In this document: one piece after another, positions 40,006 through 53,004 of the stretch
Numbering within the stretch: the first letter of the stretch is position 1
How the letters are laid out: the number at the start of each line of letters is the position of its first letter
Assembly: GCA_002269645.1 (NCBI GenBank)
Contig: NIVC01001561.1
Span: 186,001 to 250,000, forward strand
Direction: 5' to 3'
DNA length: 64,000 bases
Source of the DNA: Macrostomum lignano
Taxonomy: Eukaryota
Position numbers and translations under genes: made by a program
The notes under the pieces: generated by a model
Seen by the model: the letters and a program-made list of their open reading frames with translations, nothing else
What the model was told of the DNA's origin: nothing
The model's database searches: none

Positions 40006-41114
40006 GTGAGAGCAACGATCACGTGACTTTTAGTTTAAATTCGCGCGAAAACGATTTAATTTAAATGACGTTAAATAATGGCGGACAAACGATGGGGTGG
40101 TGGGTTAGCTGATAAAGACAGAGAGGTAGAATGTGCGAAATTGGCTAGGAAGAACAGCCAATCAGCTTCAAGTGAGGGATAGATAAAAAGAATGATATAG
40201 AAAACTAACTGGCAATCATAGCTCCCGTTAGGTAGGCAACAAATTAGGAAATATTTTTTTCGTCATAAAACTCTGTACGTGTAAAGCAGATAAAAGTATC
40301 ACCTTTGATGTTTCCAGCTTTCCAGCTTCAACAGCACCGCCCTTTTGAGTCATGCCATTTCAATTGACAGATTTACAGAAGAGCATAAAAGGAAGGCAAA
40401 ATTCGAATAGTTTGACTTCTTGTCAGAACTGATAGGCCATATAATGTCCTGTGTTGATTCAAGAAATCATACGAACTGAGATAAGGAACAAGCAGTCAAG
40501 ATTCCAAACCATCTGCCGATCCAAGATTGCTGTTTGGCGAGGGAGCAGAGCACACGCTACTCTTCTTCTAGTCTCCCTCCCTCTATCTCTACCTCTTCAA
40601 CTCGTATTTCTGCCAGATTAATAACCCTTCCTTACAATACTCAGAAAATGGAGACCGGGGCGGGGGTCGTTTAGTATAGTGCAATACAATGGGACCGTGC
40701 CCGTGCGCTTGTTTAGTCTTGAGAGAGAGAGCGAGAGAGCGATCTCGGAGCAGATGCGTTCCCAACCCCAGCCACTCAACCGTCTAGTTGCGCCCCCGCT
40801 CTCATCAATATCCGAGCTGAAAGTGAAAGCAGAAGGCTGAAATAAGCATACAGATAGTGCAGGGGGGCGGTGTAGCCGCTGCATCCAGCCTCCTTCGCCA
40901 GTTCTCCCTCTGATAAAAGCATCGACCCGAAATGACGAATCCAAGCGCACAAATGAATATTCAACAAGGGAGGGAGAGCTATTATCCGATCCTGCTTGCG
41001 AACAAAGCTGAACAGAAGCTGAACCATTCACAGGATGTCGACCTCAGTTGTTTGTGCAATTCCTGTACGTATGCATAGAATTCTCCGCTCTTTCTGTAAA
41101 CACGTCAAACTTCT

Positions 41115-42065
41115 CTACCCCACATGTACATTCATAGAACTCTAGCCTCTCTGCCCTCAAGTACATTCATAGAACTCTAGCCTCTCTGCCCCTCTTGTAC
41201 ATTTATGGAACTCTAGCCTCTCTACCCTCATGTAGATTCATAGAACTCTAGTCTCTCTGTCCCCTTGTACATCCATAGAACTCTAGCCACTGCCCCTCAT
41301 GTACATTCATAGAACTCTAGCCTCTCTGCCCTCATGTACATTCATAGAACTCTAGCCTCTCTACCCTCATGTAGATTCATAGAACTCTAGCCTCTCTGTC
41401 CCCTTGTACATCCATAGAACTCTAGCCACTGCCCCTCATGTACATTCATAGAACTCTAGCCTCTCTGCCCTCATGTACATTCATAGAAATCTAGCCTCTC
41501 TACCCTGATGTAGACTCATAGAACTCTAGCCTCTCTGTCCCCTTGTACATCCATAGAACTCTAGCCACTGCCCCTCATGTACATTCATAGAACTCTAGCC
41601 TCTCTGCCCTCATGTACATTCATAGAAATCTAGCCTCTCTACCCTGATGTAGACTCATAGAACTCTAGCCTCTCTGCCCCTCATGTACATTCATAGAAAT
41701 CTAGCCTCTCTACCCTGATGTAGACTCATAGAACTCTAGCCTCTCTGCCCCTCTTGTAGATTCATAGAACTCTACCCACTGCCCCTCATGTACATTCATA
41801 GAACTCTAGCCTCTTTGCCCTCATGTACATTCATAGAACTCTAGCCTCTCTACCCTCATGTAGATTCATAGAACTCTAGCCTCTCTGTCCCCTTGTACAT
41901 CCATAGAACTCTAGCCACTGCCCCTCATGTACATTCATAGAACTCTAGCCTCTCTGCCCTCATGTACATTCATAGAACTCTAGCCTCTCTACCCTGATGT
42001 AGATTCATAGAACTCTAGCTTCCCCGCTCTCATGTACATTAAAGAACTCTATCACCTCTGTCCCT
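41115..42065. repeat. About 35-bp minisatellite CATGTACATTCATAGAACTCTAGCCTCTCTGCCCT with a 139-bp higher-order period
   Basis: The diagnostic variant TGTCCCCTTGTACATCC recurs at 41258, 41397 and 41536. Confidence 0.93.
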
Positions 42066-42124
42066 TCTATATACCCAAAAAATCAGAACTCTATCTCACC
42101 GTGTACATCATACCGAATACGCAG

Positions 42125-42267
42125 GTTGCGGCCTGAACTTTCACAAGCGCTGCGTTTACAAGCTGCCCAACAACTGTTCGCGATCTCGCTCGGGACCCTC
42201 GCCGTCCCCGTCTGGCCAGGATCTGTTTCAGCTGCAGCAACAGCAACAACTGCAGCAGCAACAGTCT

Positions 42268-42298
<31 letters not shown>

Positions 42299-42487
42299 TG
42301 CAGCCAGGAGGTGGCACCTGCGGCAAATCCTGGAGCGGTGGGCGGCCTCTATGGCTTGAGCGGCAGCTGGCGGAGCGGATCAAAGTGCCGCACACATTCG
42401 ACATTCATTCGTACACCAAGCCAACTGTTTGCCATTTCTGCAGGAAGCTCATGTACGGCCTGTTCCGCCAGGGATACCAGTGCAAGG
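42125..42487 (+). CDS. PRKD: Protein kinase D exon (C1a C-half, polyQ linker, C1b N-half)
   Basis: CGLNFHKRCVYKLPNNCS...RPLWLER...KVPHTFDIHSYTKPTVCHFCRKLMYGLFRQGYQCK; phase 1/1. Confidence 0.93.
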
Positions 42488-42589
42488 GTGAGCCAGCTGA
42501 GTCCAGCAGCTCAAAGGCACTTGTCCTTCAGGACTGACGTGGGCTTCTGTTTTTAAAATAAAGAGCGCTTGCTGAGAACAAAATTAGCC

Positions 42590-44520
42590 TTTGTGTCCAT
42601 CTCAGTGTCTTTAGTATCCATCTCAGTGTCCTTAGTAATCCATCTTGTGTCCTTAGTAATCCATCTTGTGTCCTTAGTAATCCATCTTAGTGTCCATCTT
42701 AGTGTCCTTAGTGTTCCATCATAGTGTCCTTAATGTCCTTAGTGTCCATCTTAGTGTCCATCTTAGTGTCCTTAGTGTCCATCTTAGTGTCCTTAGTGTC
42801 CATCTTAGTGTCCTTAGTGTCCATCTTAGTGTCCTTAGTGTCCATCTTAGTGTCCTTAGTGTCCATCTTAGTGTCCTTAGTGTCCATCTTAGTGTCCTTA
42901 GTGTCCATCTCAGTGTCCTTAGTGTCCATCTTAGTGTCCATCTTAGTGTCCTTAGTGTCCATCTTAGTGTCCTTAGTGTCCATCTCAGTGTCCTTAGTAA
43001 TCCATCTTGTGTCCTTAGTAATCCATCTTAGTGTCCTTAGTGTCCATCTCAGTGTCCTTAGTAATCCATCTTGTGTCCTTAGTAATCCATCTTAGTGTCC
43101 TTAGTGTCCATCTTAGTGTCCTTAGTGTCCATCTCAGAGTCCTTAGTGTCCATCTTAGTGTCCATCTTAGTGTCCTTAGTGTCCATCTTAGTGTCCTTAG
43201 TAATCCATCTTGTGTCCTTAGTAATCCATCTTGTGTCCTTAGTAATCCATCTTAGTGTCCTTAGTGTCCATCTCAGTGTCCTTAGTAATCCATCTTGTGT
43301 CCTTAGTAATCCATCTTGTGTCCTTAGTAATCCATCTTAGTTTCCTTAGTGTCCATCTTAGTGTCCTTAGTGTCCATCTCAGTGTCCTTAGTGTCCATCT
43401 TAGTGTCCATCTTAGTGTCCTTAGTGTCCATCTTAGTGTCCATCTTAGTGTCCTTAGTGTCCATCTTAGTGTCCTTAGTGTCCATCTCAGTGTCCTTAGT
43501 AATCCATCTTGTGTCCTTAGTAATCCATCTTGTGTCCTTAGTAATCCATCTTAGTTTCCTTAGTGTCCTTCTCAGTGTCCTTAGTAATCCATCTTGTGTC
43601 CTTAGTAATCCATCTTAGTGTCCTTAGTGTCCATCTTAGTGTCCTTAGTAATCCATCTTGTGTCCTTAGTAATCCATCTTAGTGTCCTTAGTGTCCATCT
43701 TAGTGTCCTTAGTAATCCATCTTGTGTCCTTAGTAATCCATCTTGTGTCCTTAGTAATCCATCTTAGTGTCCTTAGTGTCCTTCTCAGTGTCCTTAGTAA
43801 TCCATCTTGTGTCCTTAGTAATCCATCTTAGTGTCCTTAGTGTCCATCTTAGTGTCCTTAGTAATCCATCTTGTGTCCTTAGTAATCCATCTTAGTGTCC
43901 TTAGTGTCCATCTTAGTGTCCTTAGTGTCCATCTCAGTGTCCTTAGTGTCCATCTCAGTGTCCTTAGTGTCCATCTCAGTGTCCTTAGTGTCCATCTCAG
44001 TGTCCTTAGTAATCCATCTTGTGTCCTTAGTAATCCATCTTAGTGTCCTTAGTGTCCATCTCAGTGTCCTTAGTAATCCATCTTAGTGTCCTTAGTGTCC
44101 ATCTTAGTGTCCTTAGTGTCCATCTCAGTGTCCTTAGTGTCCATCTTAGTGTCCATCTTAGTGTCCTTAGTGTCCATCTTAGTGTCCATCTTAGTGTCCT
44201 TAGTGTCCATCTTAGTGTCCATCTTAGTGTCCTTAGTGTCCATCTTAGTGTCCATCTTAGTGTCCTTAGTGTCCATCTTAGTGTCCTTAGTGTCCTTCTC
44301 AGTGTCCTTAGTAATCCATCTTGTGTCCTTAGTAATCCATCTTAGTGTCCTTAGTGTCCATCTTAGTGTCCTTAGTGTCCATCTCAGTGTCTTTAGTGTC
44401 CATCTTAGTGTCCTTAGTGTCCATCTTAGTGTCCATCTTAGTGTCCTTAGTGCATCTCAGTGTCCTTAGTGTCCATCTCAGTGTCCTTACTGTCTATCTC
44501 ACTGTCCTTAGTGTCCATCT
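42590..44520. repeat. Mosaic array of 9/12/21-bp modules (TTAGTGTCC, TTAGTGTCCATC, TTAGTAATCCATCTTGTGTCC)
   Basis: Direct reading; explains the many LSVLSVH/MDTKDTK ORFs. Confidence 0.96.
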
Positions 44521-45052
44521 CACTGTCCTTAGTCCATCTTATTTTCCTTCTTTGTGTCTGTCTTACTGTCTTTTTTAGTGTCCGTTTTAGTGTCATTGTT
44601 AGTGCCTGTCTCAGTGTCTGTCAGTCAGTCAGTCTGTCTCTCTGTCTGATGTAATTTTCATCTGCTTCTGTTCCTAAAAAATACAGCCGCAACAGTGTCA
44701 ATATGCCAGTCATGTACGTACGACGCTGCCCTATTTAGCATACATGTGCTCTTTCAGTCTGGTTCTCACTGCTCCAGGCTTTTGCTTCGCTCCCTTCACT
44801 CCATGCGTTCCCCGAGGCAAAGGAATCGTTGATTTTTCTGTTTTCTATAATCCCCCGGGATCCGGCCGCCGTCACCGGGTCGCACAATCACTGTATCGAA
44901 TTCTCCAAGAACCGAATGCTAAAACACCGACGAAGTCTCGAATATCGAGTGCACAGCAGTGAAACATCAACGGGTTTATTCAAGGCGGCTTATGGAAGCA
45001 AGATATTAATGTAGCACTCCAAAGCTTTCTCCCAAAAAACGATGCATTCCAG

Positions 45053-45166
45053 ACTGCAAGTACAATTGTCACAAGAAGTGTCTGCCGAGCGTGCCAAAAT
45101 CCTGCGAGGGCGTCATTCTGCCCGAGGAAGGCGGAGATGGATCTGCCGTGGACCAGTCCGCCTCTG
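45053..45166 (+). CDS. PRKD: Protein kinase D exon (C1b C-half)
   Basis: cattccag acceptor; (D)CKYNCHKKCLPSVPKSCEG; donor GTGAGG; phase 1/1. Confidence 0.92.
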
Positions 45167-45179
45167 GTGAGGGGTGTGG

Positions 45180-45395
45180 ATGGCAGAGAAATGGGGTGGG
45201 TGACGAACGGGGGCAGAGAAATAGGGTGGGTGACGAATGGGGGCAGAGAAATGAGTTGGTTGCAAACGGGGGCAGGGGCAGAGATATGGGGTGGATGACG
45301 AACGGGGGCAGAGAAATGGGGTGGGTGACGAACGGGGGCAGAGAAATGGGGTGGGTGACGAACGGGGGCAGAGAAATGGGGTGGTTGACGAAGGG
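45180..45395. repeat. About 30-bp G-rich array GGGTGGGTGACGAACGGGGGCAGAGAAATG just after a PKD donor
   Basis: About 7 tandem copies. Confidence 0.88.
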
Positions 45396-45952
45396 TTGGA
45401 GAGTAAGGTATGTGGCTATTGCGAAATGTTTGGAAACTAATAAGTACTAAAAGTGCCCGTTAACTAAAACAAATCTATGCAATAAAATGATAAATAAACA
45501 AATAAACTTTATCACCGTGGCTATAGCAGCAATTAACTAAGAAAATTTAATTCCCACTTGTGGCTGGACACCATTCACCTGCGCCGAATTGAATAAGTCT
45601 TACTCCTATTAGCATCATAGGCTAAGCGCACGCGTTGCTGCTCGGTGGACTGAAGGCCAAGAGCAAATAGCCGGCACAGCACACGGAGAGAGAGAAGGAA
45701 AAAAATTGAAAACGGAAAAAATCTGAGAGAACGAGATTTGCTTTGGGTCTGGTCGATTCTTTTGTTTCTCTAGGCAGGTTAATTAAGTCGGGAACCTGAT
45801 TAGCTGCCTGTGCAAGCAGAGAGCAGGTGCGGTTCGGACAGGTTTAGTAAGGGAGGCAGAATATTGTCACGAATATCCCTGAGTATTCGATGTACGACTA
45901 GACCTGCCTTTTCTTGCTGACTATCTGGAAGATGGCTGTTCCAAATACTCAT

Positions 45953-46298
45953 GAAATCCTGAACTCATGAACTCACGAACTCATGAACTCATGAACTCAT
46001 GAACTTATGAACTCATGAACTCATGAACTCATGAACTCATGAACTTATGAACTCATGAACTCATGAACTCATGAACTCATGAACTCACGAACTCATGAAC
46101 TCATGAACTCATGAACTCATGAACTCATGAACTCATGAACTCATGAACTCATGAACTCACGAACTCATGAACTCATGAACTCATGAACTCATGAACTCAT
46201 GAACTTATGAACTCATGAACTCATGAACTCATGAACTCACTCATGAACTTATGAACTTATGAACTCATGAACACATGAACTCATGAACTCATGAACTC
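45953..46298. repeat. 8-bp array (CATGAACT)n, about 42 copies
   Basis: Direct reading. Confidence 0.96.
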
Positions 46299-46899
46299 AG
46301 AAACCTAGGGGCCGGAGCTCGGAAACCTAATTACTAAAATATCGAACTCCAGGTTTCCAACCCAGCCCGCCACGCCAGACCTCAGGAGACTCGGAGCATT
46401 TGACAGTGACGACTTCGGGGGAGCTCAAGTTGAGACAGTCTCTAACTCCCCCCGTCTCCGCTGCTTCCCGACAGCGCCATATCAGAAATGCTGACATGGA
46501 ATTGTAATCGATCCGACGGGGCTTGGCTTGGGGGGGGCACCCGATGCATATTGGACTGCAGGCTGAGTTCGAAAAAAATTATTTTACCGCTTCGAAAGAA
46601 AAATGATGTCTGAGCGAGCCAAGCTGAATGGGAGCGATATTTCCTTCAGAGTTGAAGCTTCTCAACAGAATATTTGACCTCGGTAACTAAGTAGTGCCTA
46701 GAATTACGTTGGCAAAAGCGCTAAACACAAACACCTACTGAAAGGGAGAACCGTGGCAGCCTGATGGATCACTCAGGTGTGCTAAAAACCGGCAAGGCTC
46801 GCGAAAATTGATAAATCAATGGCTAAACATCGAAAATCAACAATTGGCAATCAAAAGTAAAAAAATTAAAAATCAATAGTAAGTGACCGAAAATCAATA

Positions 46900-47300
46900 A
46901 TTTTTATCAATAATCAAAAATCACTGACCAAAAATCAATAGTCAATTATCAATAACGAATGAGGAATAATCAATAATCAATAATTATTGATCAATAGTCA
47001 ATTATCAATAATCAATATTGATTAATCAATAGTCAATTATCAATAAGCAATAATCAATAATCAATCATCAATAATCAATATTGATTAATCAGTAGTCAAT
47101 TATCAATAATCAATAATCAATAATCAATCATCAATAATCAATACTGATTATTCAGTAGTCAATTATCAATAATCAATAATTATTAATCAATAGTAAATTA
47201 TCAATAAGCAATAATCAATAATTAATATTGATTAATCAGTAGTCAATTATCAATAATCAATAGTCAATGATCAATAATCAATATTCAATAATCAATAATC
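46900..47300. repeat. Degenerate AATCAAT-based array
   Basis: Recurrent ATCAATA motifs. Confidence 0.85.
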
Positions 47301-47955
47301 GCCAACCGGAATCGTCAATCGAGAATAGAAAACCACCAACAAAAAGCAAAAAATTCAGTATCAGAATCAAGGAAGCTCTCCACAGAAGTGTGTTTTCTGT
47401 GCTTTTTCTTTATGACTTCTTAGAATTGCGTCAGAAAAATGAGAGTATAAAGATAGAGAATTTCGATGTCGGACGGAAGCTGGGTTAATGATGAGGCGCT
47501 CGAGGCTATAATTATGATTATATATAGTTAAAAAGGTGCGGAAGCACTAAGCAACCCTGTCCATTTTTCAAGCTGAGTCTTTTAGTGAGCTTTCTGCTCC
47601 CAGCCGCAGCAGAAGTTCCTGAGGAATGAATTTGAAGACCTTCATAGGATGCCTCCCTTTAGTCCTGCTTTTCTCCCCGAGTTCGACAAAAAAAGGAGAG
47701 CGGACACATCTGCATGGCAGCATCCAAGATTATATTTATCCCGAGGGGAGCGACTGAAGAGGTGCTGCACAGCTGGGCGTCGAACTTCGGATTAAGCGGA
47801 TAAGAAATGGAAAATTTTTTAAATTTAAAAAGTACAATGGCTGCTGTGCACTTTTTACAAGTTAAGTGAACCTTTGCAGACGGCTTGAAGAGACTAAAAT
47901 ATTGTTTGCATTCATTATTTTATAGTATAAAACTTTCAACCAAGAAATTCGCTTA

Positions 47956-48362
47956 GTGTGTGGGGATCATTGGTCAGTGTGTGAGGATCATTGGTCAGTG
48001 TGTGGGGATCATTGGTCAGTGTGTGGGGATCATTTGTCAGTGTGTGGGGATCATTGGTCAGTGTGTGGGGATCATTTGTCAGTGTGTGGGGATCATTTGT
48101 CAGTGTGTGGGGATCATTGGTCAGTGTGTGGGGGTCATTGGTCAGTGTGTGGGGATCATTGGTCAGTGTGTGGGGATCATTTGTCAGTGTGTGGGGATCA
48201 TTTGTCAGTGTGTGGGGATCATTGGTCAGTGTGTGAGGATCATTGGTCAGTGTGTGGGGGTCATTTGTCAGTGTGTGGGGATCATTGGTCAGTGTGTGAG
48301 GATCATTGGTCAGTGTGTGGGGGTCATTGGTCAGTGTGTGGGGATCATTTGTCAGTGTGTGG
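47956..48362. repeat. 21-bp array GTGTGTGGGGATCATTGGTCA, about 19 copies, ending about 40 nt before a PKD acceptor
   Basis: Tandem copies. Confidence 0.96.
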
Positions 48363-48401
48363 GGGGGTCACTAATCTCACCGCACAAACTGCATTGGCCA
48401 G

Positions 48402-48549
48402 CAGGCTCAAACGCGGCCGGAGGGTCGAACAGTCCCGGCTCCGAGCCAGACGACGAGTCACTTCTGACTGGCGGTGACAACGGCGGAGGCGGAGGCGACG
48501 GCGGGGGTGTCGGAGGTGAACCCGATGAGCAGCAGAAGCCACCGCTGGA
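48402..48549 (+). CDS. PRKD: Protein kinase D linker exon (Gly/acidic); CAGCAG tandem acceptor, start 48402 or 48405
   Basis: GC-rich open frame GSNAAGG...QQKPPL; phase 1 in and phase 2 out (GA|GTGAGT), exactly bridging the flanking exons. No homology by itself. Confidence 0.7.
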
Positions 48550-48631
48550 GTGAGTATAAAACTGCGCAGATATTTTAGATATCAATAACAATATTTTGAA
48601 TTAATATTGCAACTAATCGAATTCTTTGCAG

Positions 48632-48755
48632 CCCGAAGGAATCGGCGAACATCCCGCTGATGCGGGTGTTCCAATCCATCAAGCAGACAAAGAAGCAGGG
48701 CTCCAGCGTGCTGAGGGAGAACTGGCTGGTGTACTACACTGATCGGTGTATGGAG
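48632..48755 (+). CDS. PRKD: Protein kinase D exon (start of PH domain)
   Basis: ttctttgcag acceptor; [33 protein letters not shown] corresponds to PKD NIPLMRVVQSVKHTKR...KEGWMVHYT. Confidence 0.93.
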
Positions 48756-48929
48756 GTGAGGCTGGTGCCTTTTCTGCCTTATTAAGTAAGCCAATCAGCT
48801 GCCAACCAAAGGAATGAAGTCTAAATTATAAAATCCCATCAATTTTAATCCCAAATTCCCTTTCATCTCTATTTATGGATGAAATCACTGCATTCTGCAA
48901 AATCATCTTGAATCCCAATTCAAATCCCA

Positions 48930-49225
48930 TCAAAATCAAATCCTATCAAAGTCAAAATCAATATCATCAAAACTAAATCCCATCAAAATCAAATCCCATC
49001 AAAACCAAATCCCATCAAAACCAAATCCCATCAAAACCAAATCTCATCAAAACCAAATCTCATCAAAATCAAATCCCATCAAAACCAAATCCCATCAAAA
49101 CCAAATCCCATCAAAACCAAATCCCATCAAAATCAAATCCCATCAAAACCAAATCCCATCAAAACCAAATCCCATCAAAACCAATTCCCATCAAAACCAA
49201 ATCCCATCAAAATCAAATCCCATCA
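48930..49225. repeat. 16-bp array AAATCCCATCAAAACC
   Basis: Tandem copies. Confidence 0.93.
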
Positions 49226-49769
49226 AAGAACGGAGTAGCTCCTTTCTTGCGCAAGTTGAAAATGGCTTCGCAGCCAAATTGAAGAGAGCAGCTTTGCATG
49301 AAAGCAGCTGAGCAGACACTCAAGAGACAGATCGCTGACAGGACCTGACTGAACCCAGGTTGACGGCCCAACCCAGCACCAGTCACTGAGGTGGCCACTC
49401 TCGTGTGCCCAGAGCCTGTCTTTGAATCTAATTAATTTGGTCCCTGAGCACAGGAAACAGTGGCGGCACGCGCGACAAAATAATGAGAGACTTGGGATCT
49501 GTGAGAGACCGCCCGCATGCTGCATAAGGGATAAATGGGGAAACACAAGCTCAGAAATTTCCCAACAGACTTTGAGGAGATTTTGGGTGTCCGTCGAACT
49601 TCTCAATTCGCATATGTGACTGACTGCTGCAGGCCACCCTCACCTCAGCCCGCATTGATTCTCAGCCTCCTGACTGCATCATCCCTCTCGGACTACGTGA
49701 CCTGCCATTCACCATCGACTGACATCTCGCCTCACTGCTTCTCCGATGACGTCCTCACTACTCTCCTCT

Positions 49770-51420
49770 GATCTCCTCTCCCCTCCCCTCCTCTAATCTC
49801 TGATCTCCTCTCCCCTCCCCTCCTCTAATCTCTGATCTCCTCTCCCCTCCCCTCCCCTCCCCTAATCTCTGATCTCCTCTCCCCTCCCCTCCCCTAATCT
49901 CTGATCTCCTCTCCCCTCCCCTCCTCTAATCTAATCTCTTATCTCCTCTCCCCTCCCCTCCTCTAATCTCTGATCTCCTCTCCTCTCCCCTGCCCTAATC
50001 TCTGATCTCCTCCCCCCTCCCCTCCCCTAATCTCTGATCTCCCCTCCCCTCCCCTCCCCTAATCTCTGATCTCCTCTCCCCTCCCCTCCCTAATCTCTGA
50101 TCTCCTCTCCCCTCCCCTCCTCTAATCTAATCTCTTATCTCCTCTCCCCTCCCCTCCTCTAATCTCTGATCTCCTCTCCTCTCCCCTGCCCTAATCTCTG
50201 ATCTCCTCTCCCCTCCCCTCCCCTAATCTCTGATCTCCCCTCCCCTCCCCTCCTCTAATCTCTGATCTCCTCTCCCCTCCCCTCCCCTCCTCTAATCTCT
50301 GATCTCCTCTCCTCTCCCCTCCCCTAATCTCTGATCTCCTCTCCCCTCCCCTCCTCTAATCTAATCTCATCTCCTCTCCCCTCCCCTCCTCTAATCTAAT
50401 CTCATCTCCTCTCCCCTCCCCTCCTCTAATCTAATCTCATCTCCTCTCCCCTCCCCTCCTCTAATCTAATCTGTGATCTCCTCTCCCCTCCCCTCCTCTA
50501 ATCTAATCTCTTATCTCCTCTCCCCTCCCTTCCTCTAATCTCTGATCTCCTCTCCCCTCCCCTCCCCTCCTCTAATCTCTGATCTCCTCTCCTCTCCCCT
50601 CCCCTAATCTCTGATCTCCTCTCCCCTCCCCTCCTCTAATCTAATCTCATCTCCTCTTCTCTCCTCTCCTCTCCTTTCCTCTCCTCTCCTCTCCTCTCCT
50701 CCCCTCTCCTCTCCTCTCCTCTCCTCTCCTCTCCTCTCCTCTCCTCTCCTCTCCTCCCCTCTCCTCTCCTCTCCTCTCCTCTCCTCCCCTCTTCTCTCCT
50801 CTCCTCTCCTTCCCTCTCCTCTCCTTCCCTCTCCTCTCCTCTCCTCCTCCTCTCCTCTCCTCTCCTCTCCTCTCCTCTCCTCTCCTCTCCTCTCCTCTCC
50901 TCTCCTCTCCTCTCCTCTCCTCTCCTCTCCTCCCCTCTCCTCTCCTCTCCTCTCCTCTCCTCCCCTCTCCTCTCCTCTCCTCTCCTCTCCTCTCCTCTCC
51001 TCTCCTCTCCTCTCCTCTCCTCTCCTCCCCTCTCTCTCCTCTCCTCTCCTCTCCTCTCCTCTCCTCTCCTCCTCTCCTCTCCTCTCCTCTCCTCTCCTCT
51101 CCTCCCCTCTTCTCTCCTCTCCTCTCCTCTCCTCTTCTCTCCTCCCCTCTCCTCTCCTCTCCTCCCTCTCCTCTCCTCTCCTCTCCTCTCCTCTCCTCTG
51201 CTCTCCTCTCCTCTCCTCTCCTCTCCTCTCCTCTCCTCTCCTCTCCTCTCCTCTCCTCTCCTCTCCTCCCTCTCCTCTCCTCTCCTCTCCTCTCCCTCCC
51301 TCTCTCCTCTCCTCTCCTCTCCTCTCCTCTCCTCTCCTCTCCTCTCCTCTCCTCTCCTCTCCTCTCCTCTCCTCTCCTCTCCTCTCCTCTCCTCTCCTCT
51401 CCTCTCCTCTCCTCTCCTCC
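49770..51420. repeat. Pyrimidine-rich compound array: about 29-bp CTCTAATCTCTGATCTCCTCTCCCCTCCC (to about 50650) grading into (CTCTC)n
   Basis: Direct reading; explains the EERRG ORFs. Confidence 0.96.
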
Positions 51421-51799
51421 CCTTTTTTCCACCCCGAGGCAAGCGATTCCGGCAATGAAAAATCGCCGGTCTCACCTCACAGGAAATCTATCGATCCGTG
51501 CGGCAGCACAAATGCTTTCCTAGAAAGCGCACCAAATTAACAATGGCAAGCTTCGTTTTTCAGCAGCTATTTTTTACTGTCGTCGATCAGGGGATCAAAA
51601 GATGGCATCGTAAAATCGGTAAAAAGCATTCGTTCAAAGGCCAAGCTAAGGATTTTCATCAACATTTCTTGTTTATAAAATTCCATTATACTTCTTTCAG
51701 TGATGCTTTAAAGTCTACAACCAGTCAAAATTATTTTTAGTTAGGATTAAATTTTTCCGACAAAGACCAATCTAATGCGACAAGGAACAATCATTTTAG

Positions 51800-51877
51800 A
51801 TGAAGCGTCACTTCTGGAGGCTGGATTCCAGGGGCGTCACGCTCTACCCGGACGAGTCGACAAATCGGTTTTACAAG
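51800..51877 (+). CDS. PRKD: Protein kinase D exon (PH domain)
   Basis: cattttag acceptor; [26 protein letters not shown] corresponds to RKRHYWRLDSK...RYYK; donor GTAAAC. Not in the ORF track. Confidence 0.92.
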
Positions 51878-51894
51878 GTAAACAATTTTTTTGG

Positions 51895-52562
51895 AGTGAT
51901 GGCACCACTCAGACTTAAAATGGCACCACTCAGACTCTAAATGGCACCACTCAGACTCAAAATGGCACCACTCAGACTCAAAATGGCACCACTCATACTC
52001 AAAATGGCACCACCCAGACTCAAAATGGCACCACCCAGACTCAAAATGGCACCACTCAGACTCTAAATGGCACCACTCAGACTCAAAATGGCACCACTCA
52101 GAATCTAAATAGCACCACTCAGACTCAAAATGGCACCACTCAGACTCAAAATGGCACCACTCAGACTCTAAATGGCACCACTCAGACTCAAAATGGCACC
52201 ACTCAGACTCAAAATGGCACCACCCAGACTCAAAATGGCACCATTCAGACTCAAAATGACACCACTCATGCTCAGACTCAAAATGGCACCACTCAGACTC
52301 AAAATGGCACCACTCAGACTCAAAATGGCACCACTCATACTCAAAATGGCACCACCCAGACTCAAAATGGCACCACCCAGACTCAAAATGGCACCACTCA
52401 GACTCTAAATGGCACCACCCAGACTCAAAATGGCACCACCCAGACTCAAAATGGCACCACCCAGACTCAAAATGGCACCACCCAGACTTAAAATGGCACC
52501 ACCCAGACTCAAAATGGCACCACCCAGACTCAAAATGGCACCACTCATGTTCAGACTCTAAA
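51895..52562. repeat. 21-bp array AAATGGCACCACTCAGACTCA, about 31 copies, starting about 20 nt after a PKD donor
   Basis: Tandem copies. Confidence 0.96.
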
Positions 52563-53004
52563 TGCAACGATCTAAAATGACTGAAATAACTCATTTTCAA
52601 GCGAGCACCAATTCGGGACAATAATTACTTCTGTCACAGATTCTTTAATAATTAATTGACTAGCTATAAGAACTTCTTCCTCATTTCTCTCCTAGAAGAG
52701 GATTTGTCAAATCCTTTAGCCGATCTAGTATTTTATTTTGACAGCGAGAAAGAGCACAGGGTCTTTGCAGACTGCGCACAGCCGATGCAGTACTTAGTAA
52801 GCTTGTTATAATCAGCTATTAAAATGATTGATTGGATAGCTGGCTTGTGCCGAGGCCCCGGCTGTGCTCTCAATTTCCAAATTGGCGGGTCAGGCAGGGG
52901 TTGCTGGGCCGGCATGGCGTACTGGTGAGGTTGCGTCTGGTGAAGAGGAGTTAAGACTCGGCGAGCGATTGACAGCTTGGTGAGGACAGTGTCTGATTGA
53001 GGAC

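Noticed and set aside
50604-51475. EERRG-repeat ORFs
   Set aside because: Antisense reading of (CTCTC)n.
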